The notes under the pieces are model-generated. The model was given only the letters and a program-made list of their open reading frames with translations, was not told where the DNA came from and searched no databases. DNA of 60,042 nt, filler included, from Dirinaria sp. TL-2023a (taxonomy: Eukaryota): assembly GCA_051941275.1 (NCBI GenBank). It is 3 parts of 3 records of this genome, joined end to end, with 100 filler letters (N's around TTAATTAATTAA, not from the genome) between each part and the next. Parts side by side here need not be neighbours in the genome. Positions count along the whole stretch, not along the records: positions 40,138 to 60,042 come from JAVEBF010000308.1; 2 more parts are not named here. The stretch is one strand, 5' to 3'. Every line of letters starts with the position of its first letter. Positions within the stretch are counted from its first letter, which is position 1. Positions 49,795-60,042 of the stretch are shown here, in pieces. The translations under genes and the position numbers were made by a program.

Positions 49795-50547
49795 ATGGCT
49801 TCTAAGACATACTCTCTCCCATCCGACTTCCTATCCTCCCCAGCCTCAAAGCCAACCAAGACCATTGTCGACGTCTCCAAGATCATGGGTCGCGAATATG
49901 CCAATTCATACGTGGCAGTCATCGACAATGCTTTTACACTTGCGGAGTGCACCCAACTGCTCCACGCCGCCGAAGCGCACGCCGATGGAATCTGGGAGCA
50001 AGCGATGATCAATGTCGGTAACGATCAGCAAGAACTCGCCACCGACGTCCGTGACTGCGGGCGTCTCATTTGGGACGATCACGCGCTCGTCGAAAAGATA
50101 TGGTCTCGCGTCAAGTACCTGGTCCCCGAGATCCATGTCATCCAGGATCAACCCGGCGTCACGGGCTGGTGGCCGGTGAGGAAGAAGGAGACGATGGTCG
50201 TCACACGCTTGAACGAGCGAATGCGCTTTTTGAAGTATGGCAAGGGACAGTACTTCCGGCCTCATTACGATGGCATTTTTAGGGTGCCGGGCGGTGACGA
50301 GCAGAGTTTGTATACGCTGCACTTGTATTTGAATGGGGTGGGGGATGACTCTGCGGAAGGGAAGCTGGAGGGTGGAGCGACCACTTTCCATTCAGACGAT
50401 GGGGGCAATGATTTTGGTGTTGATCCAAAGGTGGGGAGGGTGTTGATCTTTCAACATAGGGGCCTGCTGCACTCAGGAGCTGATGTTTTGGGGGGCTTGA
50501 AGTATACGTTGAGGACGGATCTGATGTATAGGGTAGAGGAAGAGTGA
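49795..50547 (+). CDS. 2OG-Fe(II) dioxygenase (prolyl 4-hydroxylase-like)
   Basis: LNERMRFLKY, FRPHYDG (HxD), TLHLYLN, GGATTF, LLHSG, KYTLRTDLMY. Confidence 0.92.
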   Translation: MASKTYSLPSDFLSSPASKPTKTIVDVSKIMGREYANSYVAVIDNAFTLAECTQLLHAAEAHADGIWEQAMINVGNDQQELATDVRDCGRLIWDDHALVEKIWSRVKYLVPEIHVIQDQPGVTGWWPVRKKETMVVTRLNERMRFLKYGKGQYFRPHYDGIFRVPGGDEQSLYTLHLYLNGVGDDSAEGKLEGGATTFHSDDGGNDFGVDPKVGRVLIFQHRGLLHSGADVLGGLKYTLRTDLMYRVEEE

Positions 50548-50983
50548 TGCCCCCGAATCTTTTTCGGGGCAAACTCCTCCACAATTCGCATAGCACTGTG
50601 TGCCAATGCTTTGCCTTCTTCTCCTAAGATCCTGCATTATCTCATATCCGCAGAGTACCAAACATGATCCTGTGCCCAAGCATTGCACCTCGTGTTTTTC
50701 CATTCCCTACATTCATATCAGATTATAGCTTCGCGAAGGCAGAGGCTGGTTGTGGGGCAGAGACGGCATGCAACGTTGCTCAATTTTGCTGGCCGAAGGA
50801 ATCTGACAGCGAAGGGGCAGTACTAGCATGCCTCGCCTTTTGCTGTCACCACTCAAGGAGTGGCATTCTTGAGTAAAAGGAGCAGATTTGTACAACCAGA
50901 ACAGCTCTGAATCCCAGAACGCTAAATCCCAGAAGCTTAGCGTACGAATTCACCATATAACAAACGCATAAGGCCCGAGTTCT

Positions 50984-52417
50984 CTACTCTTTCTCGGACG
51001 GCCGCAATCCAGATTTATATATCTGCGCCTCGCGCATCTTTTCCCAGTCATGGAGCATCAAGGAGTTATGGTAATTATCCATGACGGCCTGATGTCCCCT
51101 CTCCACGACCTCCTTTTCGTACTTTCCAAGAGCCTCCTCCATTGGCACACCCTCCTTTACATGTTCACTGATGGCGTTGCAGAGTTTCGCTGCATCCGTT
51201 GCAGCATTATTAAGTCCCTGGCCCCGGTGGTAGGTCATCGGATGCGCTGCGTCGCCTGCTAAGGTCGCCTTTCCCTCACGGTTATCCCAAGCCACAGTGG
51301 GCCACTGGGCTAGCCTATCGCACGGGTATTTGCTATCGCCTTGAATGCTGAGATACATGGAACGTAACGGCTCGGCTAGGCTTAAAGACATTTTTCGCCA
51401 TTCGCGCTTCATGTCTTCGCCTTGCGGAAGAGTCTCGGATGTTTCAGAGCGCCAGCCTAGATGGAGCATCCACAGCCATGTCTCTGGACGGTCGTGGTCC
51501 TCAATTGCGTGGACTGTCGCTTCATCAATATCTTTCGTCAATCCCTTCGATGTCGAGATTACTTACGGGATACGAAAGCTATGATCCCGAGCGGGTGGTG
51601 GCTGAGCGAGCAGAGGGGGTTGACTGTCTCGCGAAACTTGAGAGCCAGAGCTGCTGGCAAGGTTGTTATAATATTGCAGCCTGCGAGGGGGAGTAATTGG
51701 AGAGCCGCCTTCTTGGGGCCCAGGAGATTATCCCGGACCGTTGAATGTGCGCCATCGGCTCCAACGATCAGGTCACCCGCCGCTTCGGAGCCATCTTCAA
51801 ACGTCACAAGAGCTTTCCCACTACTGGAATTGGATATAGCACTCAGTCGCTTGCCATACTGCCAGGAAGATAAGCGTCAACATGTAAGACTTTCAGTACG
51901 ATGGAAAATAAATCCAAACCTCAATCTTAATGCCCGCGGAAATCAGAGAACGGAATTTGGCTCTACCCAGCCTATACACCAGAGGCGCTGGAACTCGTCC
52001 TAGGACTTCGCCAGTCTCCGCGTTGAGAAGAGGAATGAAATCGTCTTTGCTCGATTTGAACGACGGGTCGACCTGTGCTGTTGCTAACTTGTCTCTGAGC
52101 TCTTTAGGAAGGCATTCTTCGAAAGATTCGTGCGCCCAATAGATCCCAAAAGACCAATCGCGTCGTCGTTCATTCAGGTATGCTTCTCGCTCAAAGACTG
52201 TGCATCTAATTCCTAACTACTTCCGTTCATTCTCTGAGTTAGCGTATGCGCCAAAGGCGATATGCTGTCACTGGTAGCACCATTTTCAGCCTTTGAGCTA
52301 TCAAGAGCCCCGTTGAACCTAGGAGAAGCCTCAGCGAGAGCGCGCCTCGATTGAAGAGCCGTATCCAAAGGGCTTACCCGCCCCAATGACCATGACGTGA
52401 AAGTCATCTCTCGCCAT
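50984..52417 (-). CDS. FAD-dependent monooxygenase (aromatic hydroxylase-like), 5 exons
   Basis: Spliced VMVIGAGSTG, VFERE, LIVGADGAHSTVR (DG motif), LAGDAAHPMTYHRGQGLN (GD motif). Confidence 0.9.
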
Positions 52418-53612
52418 CGTTTTCTTTTTGGCCTTGAGAATCCTTAAGCAGAGCTATGGGTTGATCACGACTAAAGATCTTCTGTGTGGGCACTGCAGGA
52501 AGGCCGGGTGATATCAGGAGTCCTATAAATCCTTTTCGTGCGACTCCAAGGACTTGGATCTTCCGTGTCTTGGGTCTGGTCTGGGCTTAGGGCTAATGCA
52601 AGAAGAGTATTTGCGCCAGTTCATTGGACGCGCACACTTGGGTCCGATTTGCACGGGTTTTTTTTCTCCAGCTTGCTCTCCTAGTAGCTCTTCCAAGTCA
52701 AAAATAAATGCTTTCAAATTCGCGAGGAGAGTTGTTATAGACCAGATGGTGGGCCACATATAATGACAATACCTTACCTATAAGGTAGATGTTCGAAATA
52801 AGCTAATAATAATGGTGATGCCCCTGGGAAATCTGGGTGCAATCGCCTGCTAAATACATCATACCTACTCGATGGCATTCGGCCATGAACCTAAACATGT
52901 GAAAACGGCATTTTTGCGGAATAATGCGCCAAGTGCATGGTGCAGAGCCATGGAAGGTAAAAACACTAGGCCGGTGCAAAAATGCCATAGAGCCTGCCTA
53001 GTGCCAAAGGTATAGGGAAAATCATAACAAGAATCACCCCATTAGGTCTGGATCGTTCAAAAGGAACTACTTTTCCTGGTTCTCAGATGCCTCAATTGAA
53101 AGGAAGGAGGGAAAATGGCCAAAGGTTCACTCTTAAACTTCCCTTACCAATGCGAAACAGGCTCCGATCTGAGGAACCGTAGGGTAACCCGCACATGGTG
53201 TTGCAGATATCAATGTTGCATCCGCGGTTGCTTCAGAAGGAAAAGGCGAGAGCTTAGCTGTCTTGGCATCTTATGGAGCTCTGTATCGTCCTTAGCGGTT
53301 CTCGACGAGTGCCATTCTGTGCTTTGATATGTTGTGAGCCTGCGAATCCGTCGCAATCCCTCACAAGTGCCATCATAAACTGGTAAAGGTGGGTTTTCAG
53401 AATCCTTGCTGCACTTTGTGGGATGTGTTAATCGTGTGGAAGAACACGCTGTTTATTAACCATTATAGTACAGACAAGTACCGAATAGCAAGTATCGAGT
53501 CCTGCTTTCCTCGCATTACGCCATTTTGTCGATCTCTAACTAAACTGCACAAGCATCCCAGCATTCATCAGTCATAATCCTCCAGTCCTGTGACTCGCTA
53601 GCGGGCGCACAC

Positions 53613-54158
53613 CTATGTTAACTGAGGTAGCGGTGTAATGGCACTTGCCCATCGTGAAGTGGCCGCCGAACGAGTCTCCCAAGAGGCCGTTTCCACTCTA
53701 TCCCAGTCTCTACGAGCTCGCTGGCGGGTTGCTTTCGGAGGAGGGCGAGATCGCACTCTCTGCTTCGGCGGAGGTGCTTCTGATTCACTCTCGTACTGAT
53801 GGTGTTCCGCTGCTCTTCGCCGAGGCGGCCTAGCCCGTTTATGGTGGTCGTGATGTTCTTCGATGATGGTACTGTGGTCACGCTCGACGATAATAACTGG
53901 TGGCTCCTCGCACTGAGATGGCTGATGGCAGCGCTGAGGGCTTTCCGAGCCCCCTTTTCCAGGCGAATGCTCCGCCGTGACGGCCTGAAGCTGATTGTAT
54001 GCGAATCGCTGGAGCGTTGGGTCTCGGATTGGCTTGTAATCGATCTTTGGGTTGGGGCGCGAAGGTTGCTGACCGCTGAAATATTGTAGGAGGCGTTTAC
54101 GTGACTCCATGCGGTCGACTACATTGGGTTTGGGGTTTCTGGGACGGACCCAGGCCAT
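53613..54158 (-). CDS. Hypothetical basic, low-complexity protein
   Basis: 181-aa ATG-initiated ORF rich in R/P/H/E. No recognisable domain; 3' end uncertain. Confidence 0.35.
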   Translation of the reverse strand: MAWVRPRNPKPNVVDRMESRKRLLQYFSGQQPSRPNPKIDYKPIRDPTLQRFAYNQLQAVTAEHSPGKGGSESPQRCHQPSQCEEPPVIIVERDHSTIIEEHHDHHKRARPPRRRAAEHHQYESESEAPPPKQRVRSRPPPKATRQRARRDWDRVETASWETRSAATSRWASAITPLPQLT

Positions 54159-54589
54159 GTCCTGAAGTATATAAAATGATCAGGACGAGGGGATGGAATT
54201 CAGCGGTCAAAGCTGAGATCCGTTGCAATGGCTCGCCAATGTGGAGAAATAAAAAGATCGAAGGACTTATTTCGGAGAACAAAGAGGAACGAGGGATGGG
54301 CAGAACTCAATCTGTGATTCTTTCTATCTGTCTTGGATGGCTGGGGATTTTCCCCCAGCCATCGGTTTCACAGCGGTGGCTGGCGAAGTCGCGCCAAGAT
54401 CTCGATTGACGCATCTTTATTGAGTATTATCCTTCCAAAAGTTAGGGTAAATATTGGTAAGGCACAGAATCCCAGCCGGTTGAAAGATTCACAACAAGTC
54501 CAAGTAGCGAGTGCGTTCCCGGATCACTGTACAGATCTATCACAAATGTAGGAAACTTGAATGGCGAGGCGGAACCCCTGGGCCTTGGT

Positions 54590-54673
54590 CTTGGCGTTAT
54601 CTTGGCATGGTTTATCCGCTGTCTTGGCATTATCTTGGCATCATCTTGGCAAATGAATATTGCATTCCCTGGC
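54590..54673 (-). promoter_or_regulatory. Phased array of PacC/Rim101-type GCCARG sites
   Basis: CTTGGC at 54590, 54601, 54623, 54634 and 54645, plus CCTGGC at 54668. Confidence 0.55.
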
Positions 54674-55206
54674 GCTTTCGAACTCTTCGAAATTCCCAAA
54701 GCAGCTTTCAAGTCCGCACGAAAAGCAAAAACGGAGTCGAACACTCCCAGGCATATGGTATAATCAATTTCAACGAGAGTCGAGACAGAAGTCATCCACG
54801 GAAGGAACTTGTTGGCTATATTCGGGCGCAAGGTCAGCAATGTAAAACGTTAGGCGTCCAAACTTCAAGATAGTAGAGGTCTAGATCAGCCCGCCTTTCT
54901 GCGCTGCGCCATGCCCAAACCCAAAAGACTGCTTGGACTTCGTTTCCTGCTATAAAATTATTTATAGAGTAGTCACCTGCTATCGCTAGACACTTGCCCT
55001 CAATGTACCTCCGTTGATTGAAGCCGGAAATTTCAAGTCAAAATTCAGCAACAACTTACCCCCCATGGTAGCATTAATTGCCAACGGAAAAGGCGTCAGG
55101 ACGAAGGCTTCAGGAACATCATCGCAATCCACGATGCCCCATGCCTCCAAAATCATTTTACGACTACGGCCCCGTGAGCTCAGGATCAAGCTATTGATCG
55201 CCAAAC

Positions 55207-56174
55207 ATGGCTTCCAGCATGGAGGCTCAGAAGAAGCGTCCAAGACCTGAGGTCTACGCTGATCCCCTTGTGGTTCCAGCGCTTGGCGAGCACAGGCAAA
55301 CATTCATTCTACTTCACGGGCGAGGCTCCCACGCAACCAAGTTTGGACCACCACTTCTCGCTTCCGCCATCCCCGGATTTGGGTCCCTGCCGGCAGCATT
55401 CCCTCACGCGAAGTTTGTTTTCCCTAACGCATCACGTCGCCGCGCAGCTTGCTTCAACAGGAGTCTGATCCATCAGTGGTTCGATCACGCGTCGCTGCAA
55501 ACACCGAGTGTGAGGGAAGAACTGCAGATTCCAGGTTTGCGCGAGACCAGCCTGTTCCTGCATGGACTGCTGCGGAGGGAAATCGCTCTCGTGGGCGCCG
55601 AGAACGTGGTCCTTGGCGGGTTGAGCCAAGGGTGCGCGGCGGCTTTGATCGCGATGCTACTCTGGCATGGAGATCCAATTGCTGCGGTGTTTGGTATGTG
55701 TGGCTATCTACCATTCGGGAAGCATCTGGAGGCTATTACCCGAAGAAGCTGCGAGGAAGGCTCCAACAATGGTGCTGACTTAGATGATCCGTTTGCGCAC
55801 GAAGGTTCGGATTTCTTCTGTCTACCCAGATACAAGCTCTATACCTTGATGGTCAAACTAACGACAGGGCAGACAAGGCACAGCCCTCTCCTGCGGAAGA
55901 TGCGATTCGTTATTTGTGCGACGAATTAGATCTACCAAAGCCAATGAGATCAATGGCTTTCCAGAAGATACCCGTCTTCCTCGGTCATGGGGCAGAAGAC
56001 GAAAAAGTCCCCATGGGCCTGAGTCGAGAGGCCTCGAGCTGCCTTGAGGCGTTGGGTGTCAATGCAAGACGGAAAGAATACAATAACCTTGGACATTGGT
56101 ATTCGGAGGCGATGCTCGCAGATGTAGTCCGATTCCTTCGAGAACTACGAGACTGGCACGAGTTTGGTCCGTGA
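55207..56174 (+). CDS. Phospholipase/carboxylesterase (acyl-protein thioesterase-like), 2 exons
   Basis: ILLHGRGS, QWFD, LGGLSQG nucleophile, VFLGHGAEDEKV, LGHWY. Intron at about 55804-55868. Confidence 0.9.
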
Positions 56175-58095
56175 TCGCCGAAAAATTACATTTAATAGAA
56201 CGCGCAGATTTTCAAGCATGAGAAAATCTGTACGTATCATGATACAAATCTGGAGACCATCTTGGACATGTAAAACAAGGGGACGGAATATTTTCTTCCG
56301 TAGGTATGAAGCCAATGATGAGTTGACTTGTAACGGGAGAACTCTAATATAATCTTACTCTTTCCTCGTTCGGCAGCAGACTGTCAATGCTGTTCGGCAA
56401 TCAAAATGCTCACGGAGCCGTTGATCTTCACACTCGGAAAGTGGAGCAGAACGTTGTCTTTGCAGCGTGATTTGAGTTGTGGGACTTTTTCTAGGTGTCC
56501 ATTGGAGAAGGAGATTAGCAGCTAATAATAAGAGATTTCCTCTATCCTCACTCCACACTAGAGGATCGATATCCTAGGGTGATGCATGAGAAATGAAGTC
56601 TTAAACCGTTATGGAGGTTGACGAAACAGACAGCTAGAGGTAATACGACGATCATGTAAGGTACCATTTGTCAGACGCAACCCTAATTCCAAATCACCAC
56701 CTCCAAGGACCTTTAGACCTAAGGTACCTTAATGGAAGGAGGTACAGTGTATCAAGTACCCTCGAGGTACCCTAGGGTATCCAGAGTGCCAGACTCCCCG
56801 ACCAGAGCAGAGTCGGCTGTCCTCTCATTAAGAAAGCGTGAACGAAGGACTATCATCAAACGCCGATCAGGAACGCAGTAGTGAGTCCAACCAGCTATTT
56901 GAAGAAAAGGAAACTCAAGAATCATTTGCTGTGCTTATCCTTCAATCTTCTCAACGATGCATGAAGGTACATCGCGGGTACATGATTTCGTCCTTACAAA
57001 ATCATTGCTCTACAGTAGAACAATGGAAGGGGGGACCTGGGTACCGGTACGGGGCAGGTAGTGAGAGGAAGAGTTCGAGTTTCCAGTTTCCATGCGCGTA
57101 TCCGATTTTTCCGACAATGTCATGACATCACGTACATGAAGCTTCCCCGACCTCTTGGACGTGGGAGGTGCACCAACTAACACCAACTGTGCATCCCCAT
57201 GAAATGACGAGGGTGATGAACGAAGCCCAAGAAGGCAATCAGCCCAGGATTCTAGCGCTCCAGGTTGCCCAAGGCTTCCCTAAGCAGTTTAGCAGGTGGG
57301 AAGCTTGGGGGCAGCTTGGGGTGTTAAGGTTTGGGCGCTTCCCTGCTTTCGCTGCTTCCTTGACGTTTCGAAATAATGATAATGATAGGAAAATCATGCT
57401 AAAGGTACTGTACAGACAGGCTGCCTTAGACAGCACTACAGTACAGCTACTAGTACTACAGCGACTACTGCCAACCCCTCTTCCCTCCTCTCTTCACACT
57501 AACTCCTTCCATCGACTTTCATCTATCCGCCCTTTCATCTTCCAATCGAAAACCCCCAATACCACTCGCTCTTCTCGGGTTTCCTTCACGCTGCCGCCCT
57601 ATCAGATGGAAACCCCCCAGCCTCGACCCAGCTTCGACCCAGATTCTACCCAGCCTCTACCCAGCCTAGTCTACGGTACTCCGTAGTCCGCGCATCTTGC
57701 CGGCGGGGACTCCTTCAGGAACCACACGACTAGTCCCCTACTAGTTTCTTCAGAAGGGAAAAGCACTATCGAGCTTCTGCATGGTCCTACATGGGAGAAA
57801 TCTCTGGTGTAGCTCCCATATCGACCATACAGAACCCCATTCGTCTCCATGACGTGATCCCGACCCTCCTGACACAGAAGGACAGAGAGAGGGAGGCGAA
57901 GGACAGGGGAGGGTCCGGGCGCTGGCTGCTGCTCGATAATAGTAAATAACGGCTTTTAATCGTCGTCATGGCTGCTGCTGCTACTCGTGCTGCTGCTGCT
58001 GTCCTCCATGCGTCACAGTCTCTCGTGGCTTTTCTTTCTTTTCTCCTCCTTCACGATAGGCCCACTATCGCTCTTGCTTTGATCATTGTCGCAAA

Positions 58096-59542
58096 ATGTA
58101 CGCGCTTTCCTTTGCTTCGGTGGCGCTGTTGGCCAGCAGCGCCGCAGCGAAAATATGCACCAACATCACGGTGCCCGTCGACATCTCGGCGCGAACGGGC
58201 GTCTTCGACATCACAGTTCCCAAGACCAACCTGGAGGCCACGACGTTCATCCAGAACTTCACGCAGCAGGGGCGCAACTTCACCAACCTCGCGCTGACCG
58301 GCTACAAGACGACGGCGGGGACCTACAACATCAGCACGCAGTTCTGCGTCCCCAGCGAAAACGGCGTCAAGAATCCCACGGTGCAGGTGCTCACGCACGG
58401 AATTGGCTTTGACAGGACGTAAGAAAACCTCCACATCCCCCCTCGAAAAAGTTCCTTATACATCCTAACCAACATACCCTCCCTATCCTTTAGATACTGG
58501 GACATCCCCTACAATGGTTTCAACTACTCCTACATCGACGTCGCGGTCGACACGTACAAATACAACACCATCTCCTACGACCGGCTCGGCATCGGCCAAT
58601 CCTCGCACGGGGAGCCGTTGAACGAGATCCAAGCCTTCCTCGAAATCGCCGCGCTAGCCTCCCTCACCACCAAATTGCGCCAGGGCACGTTTCCCGGTAT
58701 CAACCACGCCTTCCAGAAAGTGACGCACGTGGGGCACTCGTTCGGCAGCGCGCAAACCTACGCGCTCGTGAACATGTACCCGGCGATCAGCGACGGGATC
58801 GTGCTGACGGGGTTCTCGATGAACGCGTCCTTCGTGGCCTACTTCGCGGCGGGGGCGGATTTCGTGCTCGCGAGCCGCAACCAGCCGTTCCGCTTCGGGA
58901 CGGTTCCTTACGCGACGGGCGACGCGATCCTGGCCTCGCTGGCGTCGATCTTCAAGGTCTCGACCCCTGCCGAGGAGCAACTCAGCGAGGCGTACGGGCT
59001 GACGGATTATTTCGCGGGGCTGGAGACGCGGCAGCGGGTCGAATACTGCGACGGGTATCTGGCGAACAAAGACGTCGACACCACGCAGTACCTGTTCCTG
59101 CTGCCGGGCCATTTCGACCCGGGGATCCTGTACGCGGGGGAACGGACGAAGCAGCCCGTGACGGTGGGGGAGCTGTTGACGCTGGGCAGCGCACCGATGG
59201 TGAACGCGTTCAAGGGTCCCGTGTTGGTGCTTACGGGCTGTAAGTCCCTTCATCCTCCCCTGGTTTTAAAAAAACCCTCCATTAAAAAAAAAAGATAACT
59301 AATTCCTTATTCCAAAAAAAAAAGCAAACGACCTCCCCTACTGCGGCGGCGACTGCCTGGCGACGGGCGACCCGACGCTCCCATCCATCCCCGCCGCCGT
59401 GCGGAAAAACTTCCCCAACGTCCCTGCGGCCGACTTCGAAGCCTACATCCAGCCCCAGACGGGCCACGGCCTCAATTTCCACTACAACGCCACGGGCGCG
59501 TACAGGGTTGCGCAGGAGTTTCTGCGCGGGAAGGGGTTGTGA
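58096..59542 (+). CDS. Secreted alpha/beta hydrolase (Abhydrolase_6-like), 3 exons
   Basis: Signal peptide, VQVLTHGIGFDRTYWD, YDRLGIGQSSHGEP, VGHSFGS, DLPYCGGDC, TGHGLNFHYNA. Confidence 0.88.
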
Positions 59543-60042
59543 GTGAGATTGAGTGTGCATGAAACTTTAAAAAAAGAAAGGGATATAAAAATAATCCACA
59601 CACCCTCGACAGCTTCCCCAACCCCCCTGGCAAAACGGTAAGGAGAGAGGATAATCCAATTTTGTTTTCTTTTCTTTTCTCCTTGGGGGTTTCCTTGTGT
59701 AAAAAAAAAAAAAAACTTAATTCAAAGTTCTACCTTAGGTAATCTCAGGAATAATATCGCGCGATGTATGAAAAAAACAATCTGTTGTATATAATGTCCG
59801 TCTCAAGAAAAGAATTGGAAAGGAAATCTATCAATCCACACACCCTCTCTCCCTTGTTTTTCCTTCTCTATCCTCCCATCCTTTTCAAATGAATAGGTAC
59901 AATCCCCACCTAATAAATCTCAGCTATAATTGTTCCCCCCTTCTACCCCTTTCTATATCCTGCGCTTTTCAATTCTTCATGTTTTCTAAAAAGGCAACAA
60001 TCCCCCAACCCGTACTTTTCATCTTCCCTTGCTATATATTAT

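Noticed and set aside
52907..52986. 11-bp inverted repeat GGCATTTTTGC/GCAAAAATGCC, possible MITE relic
   Set aside because: Short, single copy in the window, no target-site duplication evident.
54442..54873. ORFs of 120-132 aa on both strands over the GCCAAG array
   Set aside because: No domain features, non-ATG starts; better explained as promoter DNA.
1..60042. CRISPR arrays, rRNA, intact transposons or prokaryotic operons
   Set aside because: None seen; the sequence is eukaryotic with spliceosomal introns.

Overview
Eukaryotic, intron-containing DNA from a filamentous ascomycete (Pezizomycotina; short GT-AG introns with CTRAY branch sites). It is three unrelated contigs (1-19977, 20078-40037, 40138-60042) joined by artificial N44-TTAATTAATTAA-N44 linkers. 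About 24 protein genes are supportable. Most are housekeeping or enzyme genes: Vps5, a SET/MYND protein, an FNR-like oxidoreductase, a thioesterase, AcrB, myosin regulatory light chain, MesA/Afi1, phospholipase D1, several hydrolases, GH128, oxaloacetate acetylhydrolase, a 2OG dioxygenase and an FAD monooxygenase. The best candidate for an undescribed system is a head-to-head pair at 2914-5688. One gene encodes a HeLo-like/STAND-type N-terminal domain fused to a retropepsin-like aspartic protease; the other encodes a DUF6594-type membrane protein. The layout recalls fungal protease/pore-former cell-death pairs, but that role is inference. Other notable signals are a probable 1-nt exon in the thioesterase gene, a stand-alone RapZ-C-like protein whose motif is split by an intron, a GH128 lacking its nucleophile motif, 11-bp-phased arrays of PacC-type GCCAAG sites, and a recurrent intergenic TACCT/AGGTA motif. 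All family assignments come from motif recognition by eye, not database searches.
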